Shown: positions 8,839 through 21,124 of the stretch, one piece after another
Layout: each line of letters starts with the position of its first letter
Position numbering within the stretch: position 1 is the stretch's first letter
Assembly (NCBI RefSeq): GCF_913776965.1
Contig: NZ_CAJYQL010000023.1
Span: 1,248 to 65,247 of the forward strand
Reading direction: 5' to 3'
Source: an uncultured Xylophilus sp.
Lineage (GTDB): Bacteria; Pseudomonadota; Gammaproteobacteria; Burkholderiales; Burkholderiaceae_C
DNA: 64,000 nt
Made by a program: the position numbers and the translations under genes
Notes under the pieces: generated by a model
Told to the model about the DNA's origin: nothing
Database searches by the model: none
Seen by the model: only the letters and a program-made list of their open reading frames with translations

Positions 8839-10511
8839 AGGATGATCCGGCGGTAGTCGGTCAGGACCTGTCCCAGGTAGGCGTTGAAGCGCGCGGCGGC
8901 GGCGCCGTCGATCACCCGGTGGTCGTAGCTCAGGCTGAGCGGCAGCAACAGGCGCGGCACGAAGGCCTTGCCGTCCCAGACCGGCTTGGTCTGGCCCTTC
9001 GACAGGCCGAGGATCGCGACTTCCGGCGCGTTGATGATCGGCGTGAAGTGGGTGCCGCCGATGCCGCCGAGCGAGCTGATCGAGAAGCAGCCGCCCTGCA
9101 TGTCGCCGCCGCCCAGCTTGCCGTCGCGCGCCTTCTTGGCGAGCTCCGACATCTCCTGGCTGATCTGCAGGATGCCCTTCTTGTCGGCATCCTTCAGCAC
9201 CGGCACCACCAGCCCGTTGGGCGTATCGGCCGCGAAGCCGATGTGGAAGTACTGCTTGTAGACCAGGGTGTCGCCGTCGAGGCTGGCGTTGAACTCGGGA
9301 AACTTCTTGAGCGCCGCGACCACCGCCTTGATGACGAAGGCGAGCATCGTCACCTTCACGCCGGACTTCTCGTTCTCCTTGTTGGTGGAGACGCGGAAGG
9401 CTTCCAGGTCGGTGATGTCGCACTCGTCGTTGTTAGTGACGTGCGGAATCATCACCCAATTGCGATGCAGGTTCGCGCCGCTGATCTTCTTGATCCGCGA
9501 CAGGTCCTTGCGTTCGACCGGGCCGAACTTGGCGAAGTCCACCTTCGGCCAGGGGATCAGGCCCAGTGCGGCGCCGTCGGCGCCGCCGCCGCCGGACGCG
9601 GCCGACTTGGCGGCCGATGCCTTCGTGCTCGCCTGACCGCCCATCACCGCCTTGGTGAAGTTCTGCACGTCTTCCTGGGTGATGCGGCCCTTGGCGCCGC
9701 TGCCCTTGACTTCGTCGAGCGGCACGCCGAGTTCGCGGGCAAACTTGCGCACCGACGGCGAGGCATGCGGCAGCTTCGCCGTCGTCGTGGTGGCGGTCGG
9801 CTGGTGCTGCGGCAGCGCCGCGGCGGGCGCAGCAGACGCGGCAGGTGCCGCTGCCGGTGCGGTGGCGGGCGCAGCGGCGGGAGCCGGTGCGGGTGCCTGG
9901 CTCTCGCCAGCCGTCGGCTGGGAGGCCGTGCCTTCCAGCAGCGCGATCAGGTCACCGATGTTGACCGTGTCGCCGACCTTGACCTTCAGTTCCTTGACGG
10001 TGCCGGCGGCCGACGACGGGATCTCCATCGACGCCTTGTCGGATTCGACGGTGATCAGCGACTGCTCGGCCTTGACCGTGTCGCCCGGCTTGACCAGCAC
10101 CTCGATCACCGCGACGTCCTTGAAGTCGCCGATGTCGGGTACCTTGACCTCGACCGGGCCCGATGCCGCAGCGGGCGCTGCCGCCGGTGCGGGAGCCGGT
10201 GCCGGTGCCGCCGGTGCCGCCGGGGCTGCGGCAGGCGCAGCCGCCGGGGCCGGTGCCGCCGCGGCGCCTTCGCCGGCGGCCTCCAGGATCAGCACGACCG
10301 AGCCTTCCTTGACCTTGTCGCCGACGTTGACCTTCAGCTCCTTGACGGTGCCGGCAGCCGAAGACGGGATCTCCATCGACGCCTTGTCGGACTCGACGGT
10401 GATCAGCGACTGCTCGGCCTTGACCGTGTCGCCCGGCTTGACCAGCACCTCGATCACCGCGACTTCGTCGAAGTCGCCGATGTCGGGAACCTTGATTTCC
10501 ACCTGTGCCAT
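8835..10511 (-). CDS. aceF: Dihydrolipoyllysine-residue acetyltransferase (PDH E2) with two lipoyl domains
   Basis: 558 aa from ATG 10511 ([14 protein letters not shown]). It has two [13 protein letters not shown] lipoyl motifs, Ala/Pro linkers, a peripheral-subunit-binding domain ([14 protein letters not shown]) and the catalytic C-terminus [12 protein letters not shown]. The track ORF extends artificially to 11069. Confidence 0.95.
   Translation of the reverse strand: MAQVEIKVPDIGDFDEVAVIEVLVKPGDTVKAEQSLITVESDKASMEIPSSAAGTVKELKVNVGDKVKEGSVVLILEAAGEGAAAAPAPAAAPAAAPAAPAAPAPAPAPAAAPAAASGPVEVKVPDIGDFKDVAVIEVLVKPGDTVKAEQSLITVESDKASMEIPSSAAGTVKELKVKVGDTVNIGDLIALLEGTASQPTAGESQAPAPAPAAAPATAPAAAPAASAAPAAALPQHQPTATTTTAKLPHASPSVRKFARELGVPLDEVKGSGAKGRITQEDVQNFTKAVMGGQASTKASAAKSAASGGGGADGAALGLIPWPKVDFAKFGPVERKDLSRIKKISGANLHRNWVMIPHVTNNDECDITDLEAFRVSTNKENEKSGVKVTMLAFVIKAVVAALKKFPEFNASLDGDTLVYKQYFHIGFAADTPNGLVVPVLKDADKKGILQISQEMSELAKKARDGKLGGGDMQGGCFSISSLGGIGGTHFTPIINAPEVAILGLSKGQTKPVWDGKAFVPRLLLPLSLSYDHRVIDGAAAARFNAYLGQVLTDYRRIIL
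9971..10502 (-). repeat. Tandem ~183-bp lipoyl-domain DNA repeat (copies about 9971-10153 and 10319-10502, period 348 bp)
   Basis: By-eye alignment shows only scattered mismatches across ~180 bp. For example, an identical 90+ nt block runs from gacggtgatcagcgactgctcggccttgaccgtgtcgcccggcttgaccagcacctcgatcaccgcgac. Confidence 0.85.
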
Positions 10512-10531
10512 GTGTGTGTCTCCGAAAGCGC

Positions 10532-13261
10532 TTATGCGTACAGCGGGTTGGTCTTGTCGGCGTCGATGCCGTACTTCTTGATCGCCTCGGCGACCTGCGC
10601 CGGCTTCATCTTGCCTTCGTCGGCCAGCGCCTTCAGCGCGGCCACCACGATGTAGTGGCGGTTGATCTCGAAGTGCTCGCGCAGCTTGCTGCGGAAGTCG
10701 CTGCGGCCGTAGCCGTCGGTGCCCAGCACGCGGTAGGTCCGGCCGGCCGGGATGAACGGGCGGATCTGCTCGGCGTACGCCTTCATGTAGTCGGTCGAGG
10801 CGACCACCGGGCCGGTGCTGCCGGCGAGCTGCTGCGCGACGAACGGCACGCGCGGCGTCTCGGTCGGGTGCAGCAGATTCCAGCGGTCGGCGTCCTGGCC
10901 GTCGCGGGTCAGTTCGTTGAAGCTCGGGCAGCTCCACACGCCGGCCGACACGCCCCAGTCCTTCTCCAGCAGTTCCTGAGCGAAGAACGATTCGCGCAGG
11001 ATGGTGCCGCTGCCCAGCAGCTGCACGCTCGGCACGTCCTTGCCCTTGATGGCCGGCGCCTGCTTGCACAGGTACATGCCCTTGATGATCTGCTCTTCGG
11101 TGCCGGGCTGCAGGCCGGGCATCGGGTAGTTCTCGTTGAGCAGCGTCAGGTAGTAGTAGACGTTGTCCTGCTTCTCGACCATGCGCTTCAGGCCGTGGTG
11201 CAGGATCACACCGACTTCGTGGGCGAAGGTCGGGTCGTAGCTCACGCAGTTCGGGATGGTGTTGGCCAGGATGTGGCTGTGGCCGTCCTCGTGCTGCAGG
11301 CCTTCACCGTTCAGCGTGGTGCGGCCCGAGGTGCCGCCCAGCAGGAAGCCCCGTGCCTGCATGTCGCCGGCCGCCCAGGCCAGGTCGCCGATGCGCTGGA
11401 AGCCGAACATCGAGTAGTACACGTAGAACGGCACCATGATGCGGTTGTTGGTGCTGTACGACGTGGCCGCCGCGATCCAGCTCGACATGCCGCCGGCTTC
11501 ATTGATGCCTTCCTGCAGGATCTGGCCGCCCTTGTCTTCCTTGTAGTACATGACCTGGTCCTTGTCGACCGGGGTGTACTGCTGGCCTGCGGGGTTGTAG
11601 ATACCCACTTGGCGGAACAGGCCTTCCATGCCGAAGGTGCGGGCCTCGTCCACCAGGATCGGCACCACGCGCGGGCCGAGGGCCTGGTCGCGCAGCAGCT
11701 GGGTCAGGAACCGCACGTAGGCCTGGGTCGTGCTGATCTCGCGGCCTTCGGCGGTCGGCTCCAGCACGGCCTTGAAGGTTTCGAGCGACGGCACGGTGAA
11801 GCTCTCTTCGGCCTTGGTGCGGCGGTGCGGCAGGTAGCCGCCGAGGGCCTTGCGGCGCTCGTGCAGGTACTTCATCTCCGGGGTATCGTCCGCCGGCTTG
11901 TAGAACGGCAGGTCGGCCAGCTGGCTGTCCGGGATCGGAATGTTGAAACGGTCGCGGAAGGCCTTGATGTCCTCGTCGCTCAGCTTCTTGGTCTGGTGGA
12001 CGGTGTTCTTGCCTTCGCCGATCTTGCCCATGCCGAAGCCCTTGACGGTCTTCACGAGCAGGACGGTCGGCTGGCCCTGGTGGTTCTGGGCCGCATGGAA
12101 TGCGGCGTACACCTTCTGCGAGTCGTGGCCGCCGCGCTGCAGGTTCCAGATCTCGTCGTCGCTCAGGTGCTCGACCATCTTCAACGTGCGCGGATCGCGG
12201 CCGAAGAAGTTCTTGCGGACGTAGGCGCCGTCGTTGGCCTTGAACGACTGGTAGTCGCCGTCGTTGCACTCCATCATGATCTTGCGCAGGGCGCCGTCAT
12301 GGTCCTTGGCGAGCAGTTCGTCCCAGCCCTTGCCCCAGATCAGCTTGACCACGTTCCAGCCGGAACCGCGGAACTCGCCTTCGAGCTCCTGGATGATCTT
12401 CCCGTTGCCGCGCACCGGGCCGTCCAGGCGCTGCAGGTTGCAGTTGATGACGAAGATCAGGTTGTCGAGCTTCTCGCGGGCGGCCAGGCCGATCGCGCCG
12501 AGCGATTCCACCTCGTCCATTTCGCCGTCGCCGCAGAACACCCACACTTTGCGGCCGGTGGTGTCGGCGATGCCGCGGGCGTGCAGGTACTTCAGGAAGC
12601 GTGCCTGGTAGATCGCCATCAGCGGGCCGAGGCCCATCGAGACGGTCGGGAACTGCCAGAACTCCGGCATCAGCTTCGGATGCGGGTAGCTGGAGAGGCC
12701 CTTGCCGTCGACTTCCTGGCGGAAGTTGAGCAGCTGTTCTTCGGACAGACGGCCTTCCAGATAGGCGCGGGCGTAGATGCCGGGCGACACGTGACCCTGG
12801 ATGTACAGCAGGTCGCCGCCGTGCTTCTCGTTCTCGGCTTTCCAGAAATGGTTGAAGCCCGCGCCGAACATGCTGGCGAGCGAGGCGAACGAACCGATGT
12901 GGCCGCCCAGGTCGCCGCCTTCCGGCGGATGGTGGCGGTTGGCCTTGACCACCATGGCCATGGCGTTCCAGCGCATGTAGGCCCGCAGCCGCTGCTCGAT
13001 CTCGAGGTTGCCCGGGCTGCGCGCTTCGGAGCCGGGTTCGATCGTATTGACGTAGCCGGTATTGGCGGAGAACGGCAGGTCGACGCTGTTCTGGCGCGCC
13101 GTCTCGAGCAGCTGCTCGAGCAGGAAGTGGGCCCGCTCGGGACCTTCGGAGGCGATCACCGCTGCCAGCGCATCCGTCCACTCACGGGTTTCCTGCTGAT
13201 CGATGTCCTGGGTGGCGGCGCGCGCGAATGCGCCAGACTGGTCGTCGGGTTGGGCTGACAT
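10532..13261 (-). CDS. aceE: Pyruvate dehydrogenase E1 component (homodimeric type)
   Basis: 909 aa from ATG 13261 (GGAGA 5 nt upstream): [10 protein letters not shown]...[14 protein letters not shown]. ThDP motif GDGEMDE. The overall length and motifs are typical of AceE. Confidence 0.95.
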   Translation of the reverse strand: MSAQPDDQSGAFARAATQDIDQQETREWTDALAAVIASEGPERAHFLLEQLLETARQNSVDLPFSANTGYVNTIEPGSEARSPGNLEIEQRLRAYMRWNAMAMVVKANRHHPPEGGDLGGHIGSFASLASMFGAGFNHFWKAENEKHGGDLLYIQGHVSPGIYARAYLEGRLSEEQLLNFRQEVDGKGLSSYPHPKLMPEFWQFPTVSMGLGPLMAIYQARFLKYLHARGIADTTGRKVWVFCGDGEMDEVESLGAIGLAAREKLDNLIFVINCNLQRLDGPVRGNGKIIQELEGEFRGSGWNVVKLIWGKGWDELLAKDHDGALRKIMMECNDGDYQSFKANDGAYVRKNFFGRDPRTLKMVEHLSDDEIWNLQRGGHDSQKVYAAFHAAQNHQGQPTVLLVKTVKGFGMGKIGEGKNTVHQTKKLSDEDIKAFRDRFNIPIPDSQLADLPFYKPADDTPEMKYLHERRKALGGYLPHRRTKAEESFTVPSLETFKAVLEPTAEGREISTTQAYVRFLTQLLRDQALGPRVVPILVDEARTFGMEGLFRQVGIYNPAGQQYTPVDKDQVMYYKEDKGGQILQEGINEAGGMSSWIAAATSYSTNNRIMVPFYVYYSMFGFQRIGDLAWAAGDMQARGFLLGGTSGRTTLNGEGLQHEDGHSHILANTIPNCVSYDPTFAHEVGVILHHGLKRMVEKQDNVYYYLTLLNENYPMPGLQPGTEEQIIKGMYLCKQAPAIKGKDVPSVQLLGSGTILRESFFAQELLEKDWGVSAGVWSCPSFNELTRDGQDADRWNLLHPTETPRVPFVAQQLAGSTGPVVASTDYMKAYAEQIRPFIPAGRTYRVLGTDGYGRSDFRSKLREHFEINRHYIVVAALKALADEGKMKPAQVAEAIKKYGIDADKTNPLYA

Positions 13262-13416
13262 GCTTGTCTCCGGGTTGATATACCGATCCATGGTACGTGG
13301 GCGGCGCGCAGTTTCGCACAAAGTTATGACTTTTCAAATAGTGCCTATAAATTTCACAATATGGTTAATTAGCCCTCGATTGTGAGTGGCCTGACCACCC
13401 ACCTACACTCCCGCCG

Positions 13417-15993
13417 ATGCGACCGACCCCCTCCGTCCGGCCCCGAAGCGGGGGTTTCACCCGACTGGCTGCGCTGTGGCGCCTCTGGTGGCAGCGCCAG
13501 TCGCCGCAACGCCAGGACCGGTTCGCGATGCTGGCGCCTCTCGCAGCCGTGCTGCTGTTTCTGGCGGCGATCGTGTCGGCCTTCTGGTATCTGCGTACCG
13601 AGGAACTGGAACGCGAGCACGAAGCGGTGCGGCGCGATGTCGAATATGCGCAACAACGATTGCGGTTGCGGCTGCTGGAGCGCCAGGAGCAGCTGATGCG
13701 GATCGGCCGCGACATCTCCAACGGCGAAGTCGATGCCGAGGAGTTCACGAGCCGCGCCGAATCGCTCATCAGCCAGTTCCCCGAAGTCCAGGGCCTGAGC
13801 TGGATCGACGAGCGCCGGCGGGTGTTGGCCACGCATGCGGCGCCCTCCTTCGCGCATAGCCAGCTGCGAATCGTCGGCGACACGCTGCGGCCGGGCGAGA
13901 CCGAGGGCGTCTTCAGCCTGGCGCGTGACCTGCAGCAGCCGGTGTATTCGCAGCCGACCGGCGGGCCGGAGGCGTCGACGCTGCTGCAACTGCAGATCCC
14001 GCTGACCACCCAGGGCCACTTCGCGGGCGTCGTCCTCGGCGAATATTCGATCGACGGATTGCTGCGTTACGGCGTGCCCAGCGAAGTGCTGGCCCGCTAT
14101 GCCGTCACCCTGCAGGACGGCAACGACCGGGTGCTCGCCGGCACGCCCCTGCCGCCCCGAAACGGCGCCAAGCGCCTGATGCCCTGGGCCGCACGGCCGA
14201 ACACCTACGAAGTGCCGGTGTCGCCCGTCGGCAACGCACTGGTGCTGCACGCGCAGGCCTACCGCACGTCGCTCGGCATGGTGGGCAGCGGATTCTTCTG
14301 GCTGGTCGGGATGCTGAGCGCCATGACCGCGTGGATGCTGATCGCGACCTGGCGGCACACCCGGCGCCGGGTGCAGGCACAGCAGGCGCTCGTCGCCGAA
14401 ACCAACTTCCGCCGCGCGATGGAAAACTCCGTGCTGACCGGCATGCGCGCCCTCGACATGGACAGCCGGATCACCTACGTCAACGCGGCGTTCTGCCAGA
14501 TGACCGGCTGGACCGAGAGCGAACTGGTCGGCCAGACGCCACCCTACTCCTACTGGCCCGAGGACGATCACGCGGTGCTAGCGGCACGGCTGCAGGAGGA
14601 ACTCTCCGGCAACCACGCGCCGGGCGGCTTCCAGGTCCGGGTCAAGCACAAGCGCGGTCATATCTTCGACGCGCGGCTCTACGTGTCGCCGCTGATCGAC
14701 CCAAAGGGCACGCAGACCGGCTGGATGACCTCGATGACGGACATCACCGAGCCGAACCGCATCCGCGCCCAGCTGTCGGCTTCGCACGAACGTTTCACCA
14801 TCGTGCTGGAGGCGCTCGACGCCTCGGTCTCGGTCGCGCCCCTGGGCAGCCAGGAATTGCTGTTCGCCAACAAGCTCTACCGCCAATGGTTCGGCTCCGA
14901 GACCGACGGTCATCTGCGCATGGTGGCCCAGGCCGGCATGCCGTCCGCGGGCGCGCCCGATGCTGCCGGGCCCGAGGGCGAGGACACGCTCGACGACGTC
15001 GACGGTCTGGCCGGCCTGCCGACAACCTCGCTCACCATGGCGCAGTCGGAGAACGCCGAGATCTTCGTGCCCTCGCTCAACAAATGGCTGGAAGTCCGCT
15101 CCCGTTACCTGAACTGGGTGGACGGTCGCCTGGCGCAGATGGTGATCGCCACCGACATCACGCCGCGCCGCCATGCCGAAGAACAGGCGGCGCTGCAGGC
15201 CGAACGCGCCCAGTCGGCCAGCCGCCTGATCACGATGGGCGAAATGGCGTCGTCGGTCGCGCACGAACTCAACCAGCCGCTGACCGCGATCAGCAACTAC
15301 TGCAGCGGCATGGTCACGCGCATCCAGGGCGGCCAGATCAGCACCGAAGCGCTGCTCGGCGCGCTGGAAAAGACCGCGCACCAGGCCCAGCGGGCCGGTC
15401 AGATCATCCAGCGCATCCGCTCCTTCGTGAAGCGCAGCGAGCCCAACCGCACGCCGTCGGAAGTCGGGCCGATCGTGGCGGAATCGGTGGAGCTCGCCGG
15501 CATCGAACTGCGGCGCCGCAAGGTCCGCCTGTCGCACTACGTCGCCGCCCGCCTGCCCACCCTCATGGTGGACCCGATCCTGATCGAGCAGGTTTTGGTC
15601 AACCTGATGAAGAACGCAGCGGAATCCATCGACCATGCCGAGCGTCCGCATGGCCGCCGCAGCGTCGAGCTGCGGGTCGTGCCGAAGCAGGTGGACCAGC
15701 AGCCCGTCGTCGAGTTCACCGTGATCGATACCGGCGGCGGCCTGGCGCCGGAGGTGCTCGAGCGGCTGTTCGAAGCCTTCTTCTCCACCAAGTCTGAAGG
15801 CATGGGCATCGGCCTCAATCTGTGCCGCAGCATCGTCGAGTCCCACCAGGGCAGGATGCAGGCGGAGAACCTCTACAATGGTCCGGACGTTGTCGGCTGC
15901 CGCTTCTCCTTCTGGATCCCGCTGTCACACCCCGGCGACGTTTCCGCATCCAACGCCGCCATTACGAAGAACCCCGGGGTAACGACTGCATGA
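13417..15993 (+). CDS. Membrane sensor histidine kinase with periplasmic domain, two PAS domains and a FixL-like kinase core
   Basis: 858 aa. H-box GEMASSVAHELNQPLTAISNY; N box LVNLMKNAAES; G boxes VIDTGGGL and GMGIGLNL; two TM segments. The start is uncertain (M1 or M38). Confidence 0.88.
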   Translation: MRPTPSVRPRSGGFTRLAALWRLWWQRQSPQRQDRFAMLAPLAAVLLFLAAIVSAFWYLRTEELEREHEAVRRDVEYAQQRLRLRLLERQEQLMRIGRDISNGEVDAEEFTSRAESLISQFPEVQGLSWIDERRRVLATHAAPSFAHSQLRIVGDTLRPGETEGVFSLARDLQQPVYSQPTGGPEASTLLQLQIPLTTQGHFAGVVLGEYSIDGLLRYGVPSEVLARYAVTLQDGNDRVLAGTPLPPRNGAKRLMPWAARPNTYEVPVSPVGNALVLHAQAYRTSLGMVGSGFFWLVGMLSAMTAWMLIATWRHTRRRVQAQQALVAETNFRRAMENSVLTGMRALDMDSRITYVNAAFCQMTGWTESELVGQTPPYSYWPEDDHAVLAARLQEELSGNHAPGGFQVRVKHKRGHIFDARLYVSPLIDPKGTQTGWMTSMTDITEPNRIRAQLSASHERFTIVLEALDASVSVAPLGSQELLFANKLYRQWFGSETDGHLRMVAQAGMPSAGAPDAAGPEGEDTLDDVDGLAGLPTTSLTMAQSENAEIFVPSLNKWLEVRSRYLNWVDGRLAQMVIATDITPRRHAEEQAALQAERAQSASRLITMGEMASSVAHELNQPLTAISNYCSGMVTRIQGGQISTEALLGALEKTAHQAQRAGQIIQRIRSFVKRSEPNRTPSEVGPIVAESVELAGIELRRRKVRLSHYVAARLPTLMVDPILIEQVLVNLMKNAAESIDHAERPHGRRSVELRVVPKQVDQQPVVEFTVIDTGGGLAPEVLERLFEAFFSTKSEGMGIGLNLCRSIVESHQGRMQAENLYNGPDVVGCRFSFWIPLSHPGDVSASNAAITKNPGVTTA

Positions 15994-16616
15994 GCTTGAT
16001 TCCGAAAAAAGGCACGGTGTATGTGGTCGACGACGACGAAGCGGTACGCGATTCCCTGCAGTGGCTGCTCGAAGGCAAGGACTACCGGGTGCGCTGCTTC
16101 GAATCGGCGGAATCATTCCTGTCCCGCTACGACCCGCGTGAAGTTGCCTGCCTGATCGTCGACATCCGCATGGGCGGCATGACCGGCCTCGAACTGCAGG
16201 ACCGTTTGCTCGAACGCAAATCGCCGCTTCCCATCGTCTTCATCACCGGCCACGGCGACGTGCCGATGGCAGTCAACACGATGAAGAAAGGCGCTCTCGA
16301 TTTCATCCAGAAGCCCTTCAAGGAAGACGAACTGCTCGCGCTGGTCGAGCGCATGCTCGACCATGCCAAAAGCGTGTTCGCCGACTCCCAGCAGGCGGCC
16401 AGCCGCGATGCGCTGCTGGGCAAGCTCACCTCGCGCGAGGCGCAGGTGCTGGAGCGGATCGTGGCGGGCCGCCTCAACAAGCAGATCGCCGACGACCTCG
16501 GGATCAGCATCAAGACGGTAGAGGCCCACCGGGCCAACATCATGGAAAAGCTCAATGCCAACACCGTCGCCGATCTGCTGAAGATCGCCCTCGGCCAGAA
16601 CGCGCCCAAGACCTGA
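15990..16616 (+). CDS. FixJ/NarL-family response regulator (REC + LuxR-type HTH)
   Basis: 208 aa from the ATG overlapping the kinase stop (ATGA). VYVVDDDEAVRDSL, LIVDIRMGGMTG, and HTH LTSREAQVLERIVAGRLNKQIADDLGISIKTVEAHRANIMEKL. Confidence 0.92.
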   Translation: MSLIPKKGTVYVVDDDEAVRDSLQWLLEGKDYRVRCFESAESFLSRYDPREVACLIVDIRMGGMTGLELQDRLLERKSPLPIVFITGHGDVPMAVNTMKKGALDFIQKPFKEDELLALVERMLDHAKSVFADSQQAASRDALLGKLTSREAQVLERIVAGRLNKQIADDLGISIKTVEAHRANIMEKLNANTVADLLKIALGQNAPKT

Positions 16617-16640
16617 CGCTACTTTTTCCATAGCACCCTG

Positions 16641-16676
16641 CGCCCGTCTGACCTGCTCAAACGGGCGTTTTCATTT
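16641..16676 (+). terminator. Rho-independent terminator after the response regulator
   Basis: CGCCCGT-13 nt loop-ACGGGCG followed by TTTTCATTT. Confidence 0.7.
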
Positions 16677-16691
16677 CCAAAGACCGCTCCC

Positions 16692-17555
16692 ATGACCGCC
16701 CAGACCATCGACGGCAACGCCCTCTCCCGCCAACTCCGCGCCGAAGTGGCGCAACGCGCTGCGGCGCTGTCTGCCCGCGGTACCACCCCAGGACTGGCCG
16801 TCGTGCTGGTCGGCGACAACCCGGCCAGCCAGGTCTACGTACGCAACAAGGTCAAGGCCTGCGAAGACAGCGGGCTGCATTCGGTGCTGGAGAAGTACGA
16901 CGCCACGATGAGCGAAGCCGACCTGCTGGCCCGGGTGGACGCCCTCAACCGCGACCCGGCGATCCACGGCATCCTGGTGCAGCTGCCGCTGCCGCCGCAC
17001 ATCGACGCGCAGAAGGTGATCGAGGCGATCTCACCGGACAAGGACGTCGACGGCTTCCATGTCGCCTCTGCCGGCGCGCTCATGACCGGTACGCCGGGCT
17101 TCTGGCCCTGCACACCCTACGGCTGCATGAAGATGCTCGATTCGATCGGCTACGACCTGCGCGGCAAGCATGCGGTCGTCATCGGCCGCAGCAACATCGT
17201 CGGCAAGCCGATGGCGCTGATGCTGCTGGCGCGCAGCGCAACGGTCACCGTCTGCCACAGCGCGACCGCCGACCTGGGTGCGATCACACGGCAGGCGGAC
17301 GTGGTGGTGGCCGCGGTCGGCAAGCGCAATGTGCTGACCGCCGACATGGTCAAACCTGGCGCCGTGGTGATCGACGTCGGCATGAACCGCAACGACGAAG
17401 GCAAACTTTGCGGCGACGTCGACTTCGCAGGCGTGTCGCAGGTCGCCAGCTGGATCACGCCGGTGCCGGGCGGCGTCGGCCCGATGACGATCACCATGCT
17501 GCTGGTCAACACGATCGAGGCGGCGGAACGCACGGCCGGCACCATGGCCGCATAG
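16692..17555 (+). CDS. folD: Bifunctional methylenetetrahydrofolate dehydrogenase/methenyl-THF cyclohydrolase
   Basis: 287 aa. Motifs [42 protein letters not shown] and [10 protein letters not shown]. Confidence 0.96.
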   Translation: MTAQTIDGNALSRQLRAEVAQRAAALSARGTTPGLAVVLVGDNPASQVYVRNKVKACEDSGLHSVLEKYDATMSEADLLARVDALNRDPAIHGILVQLPLPPHIDAQKVIEAISPDKDVDGFHVASAGALMTGTPGFWPCTPYGCMKMLDSIGYDLRGKHAVVIGRSNIVGKPMALMLLARSATVTVCHSATADLGAITRQADVVVAAVGKRNVLTADMVKPGAVVIDVGMNRNDEGKLCGDVDFAGVSQVASWITPVPGGVGPMTITMLLVNTIEAAERTAGTMAA

Positions 17556-17625
17556 CCCCTGCCTATCGTCGCCATCCGAACAAGCCTTCACTTGAAGCGC
17601 CGCCGTGCGGCACAAAATCGGTTCC

Positions 17626-19650
<2,025 letters not shown>

Positions 19651-19682
19651 GTTTCCCGGCAGGACCGCAGGAGACCCTCACC

Positions 19683-20336
19683 ATGGCACTCGCCGTTCGC
19701 GCTACCGCCCTGACGCTCCTGCTGGCCGGTGTGGCCAGCGGCGCAGCCGCACAGGTCTACCGGATCATTGGTCCTGACGGGCGGGTCACCTTTTCCGACC
19801 GGCCCCCGGCCGCTGCAGCGGCCGTACCTGCTCTCGCGGAGCCCATGGCGGCCGGCGCCGCCGGCCCGTCGCTCCCGTTCGAACTGCGATCCATCTCCCA
19901 GCGGTATCCCGTCGTCCTGTACACCTCGAGCGACTGCGGCCCGTGTGCGAGCGCACGTCAGCTCCTGCGCAGCCGCGGGGTTCCGTTCACGGAAAAGACG
20001 ATCGCGACGGCAGAAGATTCGGAAGCCCTCAAGCGCATCAGTGGCGATAGCGCGCTCCCGTTTGCGACCGTGGGTGGCCAGCACCTGCAGGGGTTTTCCG
20101 ACGCGGAATGGACGCAGTACCTCGACGCGGCGGGGTACCCTAAGCAGTCGCAGTTGCCGCCCGCCTACCAGTTTCCCGCGGCCACGCCGCTGGTTGCCGT
20201 TCAACGCCCGGCAGCGGCGGGCAGTGCGCGGCCCAACACGGCAGCCCCGGGGCCGGCACCGTCAGCGGCCGGCGATCGACCGGCACCGCGCGCCCCCGCC
20301 AGTCGGCCGTCGAATCCTGCAGGTCTGCAGTTCTGA
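19683..20336 (+). CDS. Secreted DUF4124 + glutaredoxin/thioredoxin-like (CGPC) protein with Pro/Ala-rich tail
   Basis: 217 aa. Signal peptide ending GAAAQ; VYRIIGPDGRVTFSDRPP (DUF4124-like); VVLYTSSDCGPCASARQLLRSRGVPFTEK (Grx fold); low-complexity C-terminus. Confidence 0.8.
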   Translation: MALAVRATALTLLLAGVASGAAAQVYRIIGPDGRVTFSDRPPAAAAAVPALAEPMAAGAAGPSLPFELRSISQRYPVVLYTSSDCGPCASARQLLRSRGVPFTEKTIATAEDSEALKRISGDSALPFATVGGQHLQGFSDAEWTQYLDAAGYPKQSQLPPAYQFPAATPLVAVQRPAAAGSARPNTAAPGPAPSAAGDRPAPRAPASRPSNPAGLQF

Positions 20337-20360
20337 CACTGCAGCGATCCGCAGGACGGA

Positions 20361-21071
20361 TCAGTACCGGAGTGTCTCGACACCGCCGGCACCGGCCAGC
20401 AGGCAGACATGCGCCTTCTGGTGCGCGAACACACCGACGGTCACCACACCGGGCCAACGGCTCACCTCGTTTTCGAAGGCCAGCGGATCGGTGATGCGCA
20501 GGCCGGTCACATCCAGAATGTGCTGCCCGTTGTCGGTCACCAGCGGCTGGCCGTCCCGCATGCGGAGCGTCGCCGTCCCGCCCTGTGCGGCGAAATCGCG
20601 CACGATGCGCGTCTCGGCCATCGGAATGACTTCGACCGGCAGCGGGAAGCCGCCCAGGACTTCCACGCGTTTGGACACGTCGGCGATGCAGACGAACTGC
20701 CGCGCAAGCGCTGCGACGATCTTCTCGCGCGTCAGGGCCGCACCACCACCCTTGACCATGAACCCGCGGCCATCGATCTCGTCCGCGCCGTCGATGTAGA
20801 CCGCGAGCGACTCGACTTTCTCCGCATCGAACACGGTGATGCCCGCTGCGCGCAGACGCTCGGTGCTCGCCAGGGAGCTGGACACTGCGCCCGGAATGCG
20901 GTCGCGCATCGTCGCCAGGGCATCGATGAACTTATTGACGGTGGAGCCGGTGCCGACGCCCACGATTTCGCCGGGAACCACGTAGTCGAGCGCCGCGCGG
21001 CCGACCAGGGTCTTGAGGGCGTCCTGGGACAGCGGTGCGGAAGAGGGGGCGTCTGCGTGCTTCATTGGCAA
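20361..21071 (-). CDS. rpiA: Ribose-5-phosphate isomerase A
   Basis: 236 aa. Motifs [28 protein letters not shown] and TDNGQHILD. Confidence 0.95.
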   Translation of the reverse strand: MPMKHADAPSSAPLSQDALKTLVGRAALDYVVPGEIVGVGTGSTVNKFIDALATMRDRIPGAVSSSLASTERLRAAGITVFDAEKVESLAVYIDGADEIDGRGFMVKGGGAALTREKIVAALARQFVCIADVSKRVEVLGGFPLPVEVIPMAETRIVRDFAAQGGTATLRMRDGQPLVTDNGQHILDVTGLRITDPLAFENEVSRWPGVVTVGVFAHQKAHVCLLAGAGGVETLRY

Positions 21072-21124
21072 TCGGTGAAGGAAAATGCGCGGTTCGACCC
21101 GAACCGGGAACTGGAAATTATCCG

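Noticed and set aside
9790-10310. GC-rich short tandem-looking repeats (gccggtgcc / gcggcaggc runs). I considered them as a VNTR, a CRISPR-like array or a mobile repeat.
   Set aside because: They encode the Ala/Pro-rich interdomain linkers of E2, and similar runs at about 7880-8030 encode the linker in Lpd. There is no regular repeat-spacer architecture and no cas genes. This is ordinary low complexity for PDH linkers.
15990-15993. Frequent 4-nt start/stop overlaps (ATGA/GTGA) at 8248, 8835, 15990, 38440, 44259, 51272 and 59848. I considered them as a special signal.
   Set aside because: This is a standard signature of translational coupling in operons. It is informative for start-site choice and for the BPH-like gene finding, but it is not unusual in itself.
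20337-20360. CTGCAG-containing self-complementary sequence between the convergent Grx-like gene and rpiA. I considered it as a bidirectional terminator.
   Set aside because: The stems are short (6 bp, built from the palindromic CTGCAG), there are no flanking T/A tracts, and the spacer is only 24 nt. This is insufficient to call a terminator.
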